Assembly (NCBI RefSeq): GCF_000315625.1
Contig: NW_005434628.1
Location: 305,109 to 369,108 of the forward strand
Reading direction: 5' to 3'
DNA: 64,000 nt
Origin: Guillardia theta CCMP2712
Taxonomy: Eukaryota; Protista; Cryptophyta
Part shown: piece after piece, positions 24,426-34,642 of the stretch
Layout of the letters: every line of letters starts with the position of its first letter
Numbering within the stretch: position 1 is the first letter of the stretch
Notes under the pieces: model-generated
Databases searched by the model: none
Told to the model about the DNA's origin: nothing
The model's input: the letters and a program-made list of their open reading frames with translations, nothing else
Translations under genes and position numbers: made by a program

Positions 24426-25159
24426 ATCCTCATGCCTGACCCATTCAGAGATGGCGTCATCGCAAACATCATCACGGTCCCGCAGATCCTCGCAGATATG
24501 TCTTGCTCAGGCTCGTAAGGTCGAGGGTGTCTACGTGGACCCGAGGCTGCGCCAGCCAGGCAACCTCGTCGTGACCGCCGCCAACCATGGCGTTACCTGG
24601 ACATGCTGGATAGCTGGATGTGCTTTGCGGACAGGACAGGCTGGCAGTACTTGCCACGGTGCTGGCGTTCGATCTGAAGCTGTACAGACACATCACCCAC
24701 GCCCATCCGAACAAGACGTCGTGCCCTGTCTTCGACAGCAAGGTGGAGCTGTCAAGACCGAGTAATTTCCAGTCTTCAGTCTTCAACATTGTATCTTGTC
24801 TGAAGATCAAGGCAGTAGCCAACCTTCTCCATCACGGGTACTCGGTGTTATTCCTCGACGTGGACGTGCGATGGAAGCAAGACATCTGGAAGATCGTCAG
24901 GTCGTCGCCGTGCGACTACACGTTTCAGATCAACCGGCATGAATACCAAGGCGTCCCCTTCACGTACAGCGGGAGCGATGAAGGGAACACGGGGGTGTAC
25001 TAAGAGAGTGACAGACGAGGCGCGGGAGGCGCTTGGTGTGCTTCTTGTGCATGCCAACTATCTGGTGGGGAAGAGGTCGAAGGTTGAGAACCTGCAGAGC
25101 GGATTGGGTACTGGGACTGTCCGCCTGCACAGAAGCAGCATGAATGACGTAGATGTTTT
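24426..25159 (+). pseudogene. Recent inverted, 5'-truncated copy of the neighbouring glycosyltransferase
   Basis: Near-identical to the reverse complement of 26068-27040, but with four frameshifting insertions (7, 2, 5, 2 bp), a ~255-bp deletion removing the DDQ motif, and no transmembrane-encoding 5' end. Confidence 0.92.
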
Positions 25160-26079
25160 TACAGCAATTCGAAACAAATTCGCATCATGTTTATGTGAGA
25201 GAGCGTTCGTTTCATTCGGTCTTCAAAATGAAGAGATGAGCGAGGGTAACTGAACTTGAAATTCACGGGTGTGATTGATTTTTCTCCGGGTTGCGATGAT
25301 TGCTTCAACTCTTTTGTTGTAGTGATTCATTCCATTGCAAGTCAGAACGCCTTTGAGGCGATGATACCTGTCAAGATTTCTGCATCGTCAGGGTCAACGA
25401 CACCGGGTAATTAGATTAGCATCAAGTTGCTCTGACTTCACCTAAGGATTGAAAAAACAAAGTTGATTAGCGATTCACTATCATCTATTGAATCGCTATG
25501 TTGATGTTTCAGGTCGTGCTAAGCTCGTTTCCTCCTCCTCCTTTCATTCTTATTTGTCGTGTTTGTGGTCATTGTCTTCACCAGCTTCTGCTCCGTCGTC
25601 TTCACAGTCATCATCACCATCATATGTCTTATTAACGTCGTTCGACGTCGTCCTCATTGTCATTTTCAGAGGTAATGCTTCAGTTCAACTTCGGTTTCAT
25701 CCCCCGCGATGTCGTAATTGTCATCATCAAGTCGTCCTGGTGTTCAACTGCCTCGGCTTCATCATGGCATTCCTGTCTGTCTCACCCAAACCTTCCTCAC
25801 TACTTCTTTGAAAACTATTTGTTTATCGATTCCATCCTCCATTTCTTCCCCCCCCGCCCTCCCCCCCCCCCACCCCACTCCGGGTTGTATCAGCCATAGT
25901 TTCTGTCTTCGTCAATCTGACTTCGCATGCCAATGGAGTTTCTCAAAATTTCGCAGGCTTCAACAACTCCCATATGAGGCAAAGCAAATCAAGCAGCTTC
26001 ATCTCTGCGTGAGATTGCAATGACCGTGTTGAAATCTCAATGTGCATACAGCACAATCAAGACCCGCAAAACATCTACG

Positions 26080-27165
26080 TCATTCATGCTGCTTCTGTGC
26101 AGGCGGACAGTCCCAGTACCCGATCCTCTGCAGGTTCTCAACCTTCGGCCTCTTCCCCACCAGATAGTTGGCATGCACAAGAAGCACACCAAGCGCCTCC
26201 CGCGCCTCGTCTGTCACTCTCAGCGCCCAGCCCGAGGCTATCTGGTAGGGGTCAAACGGGCAGAAGCTGAGCTTGTCTGCCGGCAGCTTCGTCTGCCACG
26301 CTGGATGCGCTGACGACCCGTTCACTGCCTCGTGGAAGAAAACCGCCCGCTGACTCAAGAACCGTGATCGCAGCTCGTTCCAAAACAACGTCTGATCGTC
26401 AAGCTCCAGCGGCGACAGACAAGACCCGTTGGCTACTTGCTGGAACAGGTCTCTCACCGCCCTCGTCGGCTTCGCGTAGTACACCCCCGTGTTCCCTTCA
26501 TCGCTCCCGCTGTACGTGAAGGGGACGCCTTGGTATTCATGCCGGTTGATCTGAAACGTGTAGTCGCACGGCGACGACCTGACGATCTTCCAGATGTCTT
26601 GCTTCCATCGCACGTCCACGTCGAGGAATAACACCGAGTACCCGTGATGGAGAAGGTTGGCTACTGCCTTGATCTTCAGACAAGATACAATGTTGAAGAC
26701 TGAAGACTGGAAATTACTCGGTCTTGACAGCTCCACCTTGCTGTCGAAGACAGGGCACGACGTCTTGTTCGGATGGGCGTGGGTGATGTGTCTGTACAGC
26801 TTCAGATCGAACGCCAGCACCAAGTACTGCCAGCCTGTCCTGTCCGCAAAGCACATCCAGCTATCCAGCATGTCCAGGTAACCATGGTTGGCGGCGGTCA
26901 CGACGAGGTTGCCTGGCTGGCGCAGCCTCGGGTCCACATAGACACCCTCGACCTTACGAGCCTGAGCAAGACATATCTGCGAGGATCTGCGGGACATGTT
27001 TGCGATGACGCCATCTCTGAATGGGTCAGGCATGAGGATGTCTAACCAGGAGACCTGACCGATAGAAGAAAAGATGACGGCTACAAGTTGCATCAAGATG
27101 ATGAAGGCAACGATAGCCCATCGAAGTCTCCTTGTGGAAAACCTGGCAGGACATGGTATCGACAT
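26080..27165 (-). CDS. Nucleotide-diphospho-sugar transferase (GT77-like type II membrane glycosyltransferase), intronless
   Basis: N-terminal TM helix, VVTAANHGYLDMLDSW, KIKAVANLLHHGYSVLFLDVDV (DxD), GNTGVYYAKPT, DDQTLFW, VHANYLVGKRPK. Confidence 0.9.
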   Translation of the reverse strand: MSIPCPARFSTRRLRWAIVAFIILMQLVAVIFSSIGQVSWLDILMPDPFRDGVIANMSRRSSQICLAQARKVEGVYVDPRLRQPGNLVVTAANHGYLDMLDSWMCFADRTGWQYLVLAFDLKLYRHITHAHPNKTSCPVFDSKVELSRPSNFQSSVFNIVSCLKIKAVANLLHHGYSVLFLDVDVRWKQDIWKIVRSSPCDYTFQINRHEYQGVPFTYSGSDEGNTGVYYAKPTRAVRDLFQQVANGSCLSPLELDDQTLFWNELRSRFLSQRAVFFHEAVNGSSAHPAWQTKLPADKLSFCPFDPYQIASGWALRVTDEAREALGVLLVHANYLVGKRPKVENLQRIGYWDCPPAQKQHE

Positions 27166-27279
27166 GGTGGGCGTTGTCTAGTGGAGGCCGCTAACGCTGT
27201 CGCATCCTGCGCTCGTACCTGTCGAGCATCGCCCGACAAAAATTTACTCTTCAGAAATGAGTGAAATCAGCAAGCACGA

Positions 27280-27815
27280 GGACCGGTCGGGCCCGGCACC
27301 CGGAAACCGACAACCGGCGCCGACTGAAAGTCAAGACTGTTTGCTAGGTTTTCATGGAGGCCTACCACCAAGCCTACCACCCCCGTATCCCCAGGGGCTG
27401 ATTCTCGAAATCGCTTCTTTTCAGCCGAGATGCACTTCCTTACAACTATATTAACTACAACCCACCGTTGCGAAATTGTCCTACGGGGTCTTGGGTGGGG
27501 TGGGGTCCACGAAAAGTCAAATCAAACGAATAGGGCGGGTAGATCTTTTACTTCAAACCCCCGACACTTGACCCTAGTACCCCACCCTTCCATCAACCCA
27601 CCCCTCTGAGCCCAATGAAACACCGGCCACCTACACCACCTACGTCTTTACAACCGCCATTGGGAAACCCTACCCTATCTCCCCATAGCAAACCCATCCC
27701 AATATACCCCACCCACTGACCTCTCGGATGTCCCCATTCCGTCCTCCTGGAGGAGGTGGGGATTAATGAGCTCAGGGGTCCTTTCGACGTTCACCCATGG
27801 GGTAGTAGATCCAGC
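27280..27815. promoter_or_regulatory. Divergent intergenic region: CCGG patch followed by TACCC/CACCC-rich patch
   Basis: gaccggtcgggcccggcacccggaaaccgacaaccggcgccg, then many ctaccacc/tacccc/caccc words. Confidence 0.35.
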
Positions 27816-28235
27816 CCTCCCCCCTCCCGACACCAAAACCCCCACGGCTGATCCAAGCCCTCCCACGCTCCCCCCTCCCACGCTCCTCCTGCCCGCTCCT
27901 TCTTGCCTCCTGCGACTTGTCCTTCCTCCTACACCTAGCTCTTCTCTCCTCCCACCCAAGCCCCATACCTCCCTCTCGTTCTTCCCTTTCGACTCTCCGC
28001 GCCCTGCTTGGTGCACATTCGTAGCTGCTGCCCCCCCACACCCTCGGCACAGCGTCGTCGCCCCGGCCTTTGATCTTGTCGGCTCCTTGCTTGGCGCCTT
28101 GCTACCCTCATCTTCCCATCCCCTCATCCCTCTACAGCCACGACTCGTCTTTCTCCCTCCCGCCTCTTTCCGGAATCTCGTTCCCCCCAGGCAACAACCC
28201 CAAGCTACTCCCCCCGTGCTGTCGACCAAGACGCC

Positions 28236-28924
28236 ATGTGCCGCTGCCATCTCTCAGAGACTAGCCCAGAGCCCGTGCTGCCCTCCCATCCCATCAAGGG
28301 AGGGCTCACCACTCCTCACTGGCATCAGTGCATGGAGCTCAGAAACAAGAGTCGCTACTTCGGCCCCGTCCGCAGGACCCCCTCGAGTTGCCGGTATCAC
28401 GCCTGCAAGCGGGGCAAGGCGGTACACACGCGGCGACAGCAAGATGATACCAGCGGCCCAGACAGCCGTCGCTCCCCCGCGCAAGTCCAGGACACCGATG
28501 CGCTCCAGGACCTCTCCACCGAAGACGAGAGACTGGACCATGACAGCCCTCTGACGTTCTTCTACATGGAGGGAGACGAGGCGTTCTCGGACAGGCTGGA
28601 GGCGCCGTACTCGCTGGACCTGATCAAGGTAAGCGGCGCGTAGGAGGGCGTGCGAGCGAGGAGGCTGACGGCAGGGCTTGCACAGGACCTTGACAATGAG
28701 CACGCGCTCGACCGTTCCAAGTCGTTGGACTCGCCACTGTACCCGTTGTACTGGGTGGAAGCGGGGCTAGAGAGGCTGGCGAGGATCGAGAAGGAGTCAG
28801 CAGGGATGCAGAGCGAGGTCAGAATCATGCGTGGAGGGGGGAGAGGGGTGGCTGACGGGTTGTTTGTGTGCAGGAGATAGAGAAGGGCTGGGACGAGTGG
28901 ATTGAAGCTCTGAATATGGAGTAG
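28236..28924 (+). CDS. Orphan ~191-aa protein, copy A (3 exons)
   Basis: Exons 28236-28628, 28686-28817, 28874-28924 joined in frame by 57- and 56-nt GT-AG introns; ends EIEKGWDEWIEALNME*. Confidence 0.7.
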
Positions 28925-29785
28925 TGGATACATAACTTGTTATTTGTATCTCGAATATCTGGTCTCTGTTTGTAAATACACTTTTGAATAAGACATTCGC
29001 TGTACCACTTGGAAAGCTTTTTTTGTTTGAAAGCTTTTTCTACATTTTCCTTTCAATGTTGCGCCTTGAAAATAAAATGCGATTATCAGACCATTCGCTC
29101 GTTGTTCAAGCGTATTAACTTCATTTTAGCATGTTGGGTACAAGACTTGTGTACTGCCCATCCTCATTGTAGGCTCTTGCTGAACAGGAACACAATGTAT
29201 CAGGAATGGTGCACAAAGCAAATGTGAATTCAATGATGAAAGATATAGAAGACTCATCTTACTGGATCCACCATCACACCATTCTTTCGGCATCTGCCGC
29301 ATTCTTCCCTGGCGCTGCCATCTTTGATGCGCCTGGGAGCATCAAGTGCTGACATTCGTGTGGTGCAAACCGAAATTCAACTAATATAGTTTTAACATCA
29401 GCAATTCCGTACTGGATACTGTATGTAAGTAAATATTTAAAACGTCTTTGTATGATGTAACGTGTGATCCTGATCACAACGAAACATGAGCGGCCTTGAC
29501 TCTTGGTGGCGACCGTCTTGCACAATACTGAGGGCTTCACGAGCTCTCATAGCGAGTCCAGGATTTCTCTCTAACAGACAGGTTAAAGCCGCCAGATGAA
29601 TGATAGACCAACTTGGCGACTCTTCACAGGATGAACGATCAGATTCTTTCAGCTGAGCACTAATCAACAAGACCCATTCAATGAAGAAGAAGAAATGAAG
29701 AAGCATTGATGAGTCGTATTATTTACATAACACCAGAGGGCGTTTGAACTGAAAGTCTAACAAAGATCCAAGATAAACGCTTTGC

Positions 29786-30474
29786 CTACTCCACATTCAG
29801 AGCTTCAATCCACTCGTCCCAGCCCTTCTCTATCTCCTGCACACAAACAACCCGTCAGCCACCCCTCTCCCCCCTCCACGCATGATTCTGACCTCGCTCT
29901 GCATCCCTGCTGACTCCTTCTCGATCCTCGCCAGCCTCTCTAGCCCCGCTTCCACCCAGTACAACGGGTACAGTGGCGAGTCCAACGACTTGGAACGGTC
30001 GAGCGCGTGCTCATTGTCAAGGTCCTGTGCAAGCCCTGCCGTCAGCCTCCTCGCTCGCACGCCCTCCTACGCGCCGCTTACCTTGATCAGGTCCAGCGAG
30101 TACGGCGCCTCCAGCCTGTCCGAGAACGCCTCGTCTCCCTCCATGTAGAAGAACGTCAGAGGGCTGTCATGGTCCAGTCTCTCGTCTTCGGTGGAGAGGT
30201 CCTGGAGCGCATCGGTGTCCTGGACTTGCGCGGGGGAGCGACGGCTGTCTGGGCCGCTGGTATCATCTTGCTGTCGCCGCGTGTGTACCGCCTTGCCCCG
30301 CTTGCAGGCATGATACCGGCAACTCGAGGGGGTCCTGCGGACGGGGCCGAAGTAGCGACTCTTGTTTCTGAGCTCCATGCACTGATGCCAGTGAGGAGTG
30401 GTGAGCCCTCCCTTGATGGGATGGGAGGGCAGCACGGGCTCTGGGCTAGTCTCTGAGAGATGGCAGCGGCACAT
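29786..30474 (-). CDS. Orphan ~191-aa protein, copy B (3 exons)
   Basis: Mirror image of copy A with intact splice sites; one synonymous change and one M>V change seen. Confidence 0.7.
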
Positions 30475-31654
30475 GGCGTCTTGGTCGACAGCACGGGGGG
30501 AGTAGCTTGGGGTTGTTGCCTGGGGGGAACGAGATTCCGGAAAGAGGCGGGAGGGAGAAAGACGAGTCGTGGCTGTAGAGGGATGAGGGGATGGGAAGAT
30601 GAGGGTAGCAAGGCACCAAGCAAGGAGCCGATAAGATCAAAGGCCGGGGCGACGACGCTGTGCCGAGGGTGTGGGGGGGCAGCAGCTACGAATGTGCACC
30701 AAGAAGGGCGCGGAGAGTCGAAAGGGAAGAACGAGAGGGTGGTATGGGGCTTGGGTGGGAAGAGAGAAGAGCTATGTGTAGGAGGAAGGACAAGTCGCAG
30801 GAGGCAAGAAGGAGCGGGCAGGAGGAGCGTGGGAGGGGGGAGCGTGGGAGGGCTTGGATCAGCCGTGGGGGTTTTGGTGTCGGGAGGGGGAAAGGGAAGG
30901 GAGGGGTTATTCTTGTGGTAGGGGTAGGTACCATAATTGGGTTCCATGTGTACAGAGTTTGCTTTGTTGTCCAGGGGGTACTTTCACAGGGTGGTTTGCA
31001 ATATTAAGGTAGGTAGGGGTCCTGTCCTAATCACCTGGACGCAGTAGCGAGAGGCATGGAAGGGTGGAGATGATCTTTGGACCTAGCACTTGGGGTGGGT
31101 ACCACCTTGCTATGCAGTTTTTCTATTTTCTGGGTGGGTGATTTGGGGTGAAAAGAGGGTAGGGTATGCTCTGCATCGTTTTGGTAAGCTTGTCATAAGG
31201 GGGAGGGGGTAGGCATAATGTGGGTAGGGGTACATGGTGGCCAGGGGGTCGTAAAGGCTGGCAGGAGACGAAAGAAGCTTTTTTCGGAAATCTGATTCCA
31301 CCCCTTCTTTTATCATCCATAGGAGGGGTGTCTGAATACCAAGAAGTGCCTCAGAAATGGGTAGACTGATCTCTAATATCTCAGCTATGACTTCTGTGCT
31401 GTCTTCTATTCAACTCTGAGGCAGCTTTCCAAAGGTTGTTCTGAGGCGATGTTGGTGGGGTGGAGATCAACATGCTCTTGTAAAATCCGACGGCTATCAT
31501 CTGTTCTCCGATGCCGCGCGGATTAGCAGGATCATGAAAGATAACTCATGCAACATAACAGACATGTTCAAAGTACATGAGATCTGCCCTTGCTAGACAA
31601 AGCTTACATAATGTATAAACCATGCACATTTCCAATATCATTTGTTCGCAGAGT

Positions 31655-31694
31655 AAACATATGTTTCCCGACATAAGTCGGGAAACATTTGTTT
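31655..31694. other. Hairpin with a perfect 12-bp stem and 4-nt loop
   Basis: atgtttcccgac-ataa-gtcgggaaacat (31661-31688), extendable by aaaca/tgttt. Confidence 0.7.
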
Positions 31695-31739
31695 TACAAG
31701 TGATTTCCCCAGATCATTGACCATAAACAAGTAGTTCAG

Positions 31740-34040
31740 CTATATAACAAGTTCTTTCCACATCTCTAAAACCCTTCTCCTCTCCGCCACTGCATCAGTC
31801 TAAATCTCCGTACAACAAGAAATGTTGAGGATGCCCCTTCCATTCCGGCGGAGGCCTCTCCTGCAAGCACATAAGATCAGATCAGAAGAAACCGATCATG
31901 TCCTGCAAAATATAATCCTCAGCGCCCCACGGTGACATCCTTCTCCCTCCTCCTTGCCCATTTTCTTGCCAAACATCACAGAACAGGCACATGCATTCTT
32001 CCCCGTTCCATAAGTTCTGGAAAGGCTTTGCCAGAACAATGGTCCTCAGCATGCCTCGGGCACATAACCAACCTTAGGAATGCTGTAATCTTCGCTCGCT
32101 GGGAGGAGCTGTGCCATCGTGGCTTTGGCTTTCTTAGAGAGTTTCTTTGGCCTGATTAGCATTGTCGGTCAACGTTGCGAGTTTGAGAACACAACATCCT
32201 ACGCGTTCGGATCGAATAGAGAGCAGGTGACAAATACCTGAGGAGTCCTGTGCCCATCGTCAGGAGCAGAGAAGACTTACATGCAGCAAGACGAGAGCAC
32301 TTAGAGAGGTAGTATGAGGTGTCGATGTTGAACCAGCGAGAGATTTGCCCTTCATGATACTCTTCGTCCACTTCCCCCGCCGGATGGCGAACTCTCTGTT
32401 GAAACTGTCAGGCTTGCCTTATCAGCGTCTGGGTCTACTGGAAAGAATTGGATGAATGATTTGAAAGGAACTTTGAACTTTCCGATCAACCTGTTCGTCT
32501 CAACCTGTATTGCATTCGCGTAAAGACAACGAAATTGCGTGAGGGTGTCTTATACCGAGTTGTCCTGATCCAGTATGTTTTGCGGAGTGTCTTTCAATAA
32601 CAAAAACTCAAACACCTGTACAATTGTGAGAAGTGATGTAGAAGATCCACAATTCATGATATTACATGATCCAACATCAGTTCACTTTCAGATTGCATGA
32701 AGTAGAATTTGAACGTCTCTTGCCATGACGGGTGTTTCTTATTGTTGCAAACACAAGTGGAGAAGGCCTGCTCGGGCTCCTCAGCATCATAGATGACAAC
32801 AAACAGAGAATCTGCCTGGAAAGTTGGTTCGGATCCACGAAGAAGGTTCACCTGCACATAAGAACTAACATATCTGCCGCTGTTTTCTGAGCTCTCTTGT
32901 GTGTGACCTACCATCCCAATCAGATCAGCTCTTGGATACATCCCATCTTTCAGCTCAGCAGAAAGACTGAGAGGATGAGCAAGACAAACGTACTTTGTAA
33001 TGGAAAATGTCTCCCTCCGTGAATGGTGACACTCAGGATAGCTTGTTTCTGATTTTCTGGCCTCATCGATAGCCCTGCAAGGCATGTCATGATCTAAAAT
33101 CTTGGGGCTCATCCACACCTGACAAGTCTATATTCTCTTTGCTGAACCTTCTGAAATCCTTCGGGGTTACATGTATTTGTCTGGCTACATCTTGAGCTCG
33201 TCTTGATGCCTGCACTCAAAATATCATTACGATGTCATCTTCATTCAATTGAGAGAAGTTGGATCTTACTCTCATCGCACGTTTTGCTTCCTTCTGAGCC
33301 TCGGTAGCTAAGTTGCCAGCTCTGATCGAGTCCTGATGCCAAGCTAATCAACGATCTAAAACTTCGAAGCTTGATCTCTACCGTGTTGTGCTCACATGAG
33401 ATGAAGGTCTCAACAACCTACATTATCTTAAGTCTGCCTTTCTTTCCAAGAGAATTTCTAACTTCTTCGGTCTTTTCTTGCTCCTTGAAAGAATCCGCCA
33501 CCGCTGTCACCACGTCGTTTGAGAAGTCCTTGTATGGATGTTCAGAACGGACAACAAGTTTTAAGCTGCGTATACTCGTGCCGTGTTGGCCAGATTGTCA
33601 AAACCCGACTTCACCAAGCTGGTTGTTTCTGCCAAGAATTTGTTCTGCAAAAGTTTTGACTACGAAACGTCATCAGGATACGCTTTCCATCAGTAGGGAT
33701 ATTTGGACCAGCTTGTCCTTTTTTGTAGCAAGCAGCTTTGCTCTCTCAAGTCTTGCATCCATCAACTTGGTCGAGCAGTTAGCAACAGCAGCAGCCATGC
33801 TCGTCCCTCACCTGGTCTATACTTTCTCTCCTCGCATTGTTGTGTCGGTCCATACCAAACGCTTGGAATGAATTGCGATCTGCGCATCTTCGTCAACCTC
33901 CATGGACCCTCCCGCCCACTCTCACTCCATCTTGCGTCACTCCCCCTGTCCTGAATGGACGCAACCGCCAGGACTGGAGCGAATGGGCTGTCACTGATGG
34001 TCCCTCCTCCTCGAAATGTTCCCGAGAATTTTCCCTCCAT
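31740..34040 (-). CDS. C2-domain-containing protein with helical N-terminal region, multi-exon
   Basis: VNLLRGSE..LFVVIY..AFSTCVCNNKKHPSWQETFKFY..VFEFLLLK..NRLIGKFKVPF..SRWFNI; stop at 31740-31742. Confidence 0.65.
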
Positions 34041-34642
34041 CGTGAAGGGGTCTGATGAAGAGACGAGTTACGTATATGTTCTTGGAAATTTCTAGCTCAT
34101 AGAGCTTCTTCCATGATCATTGATTGCCAGGATGTTTAAGCGGAGAAAAGAATCTAGAAATCCCAAGATGTCAGCACTGATGTGCAATTCTGCCTGCACC
34201 TGTCTGCTAGTTGCTAGCTCAAACAACCTCATTCTTCTGCGAGACGACTGGGCCAGAAGACATGTTTCATCACAATCGTGCACAAAGAGACAGGAAGACT
34301 GAGAAGCAGGAAGCAACAAACACATCTCAGCAACCAGCACAATTCAGACACTCTGAGTGAGGTCGACTGCAGGACAAACAACTTTGGAAACTGAAGAAAG
34401 AACACGAAGAGACAGGACAGAGATGATGCATACATCTCGATGCCTCTTATCAACAACTGTTCTTCTCCTCTCCTTCGCACTTGCCTGCCTTTTCGCTCTC
34501 CTGCTGTCCACAACAAGTCCAGGCCAGAGGAGGGCCAGCCTGTTGATAGACGAGTCCGCCTCATCCACAAAGATAGGAAAGACAATTAGGCAGAAAGGGA
34601 AATTATACTGACATATAGAGAGATAAACTTTTATTTAGAGTT

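Larger units (their letters stand above)
27820..30890. repeat. Inverted repeat: ~1.1-kb arms (27820-28925 and 29785-30890) around an ~860-bp spacer
   Basis: Mirror positions sum to 58710 at every point checked (no net indels); about eight substitutions seen by eye. Confidence 0.97.

Noticed and set aside
27766-28554. 262/263-aa Pro-rich ORFs in the inverted-repeat arms (also 30156-30947)
   Set aside because: They come from C-rich upstream DNA and differ at their N-termini; the alternative frame is supported by two in-frame introns.
27820-30890. Foldback or TIR transposon interpretation of the inverted repeat
   Set aside because: Arms contain a spliced gene, no transposase is in the spacer, and no target-site duplication is evident.
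34090-34610. Possible small minus-strand gene between the C2 and Sfi1-like genes
   Set aside because: Splice-like signals exist, but no consistent start or frame could be built; may be 5' exons or UTR of the C2 gene.
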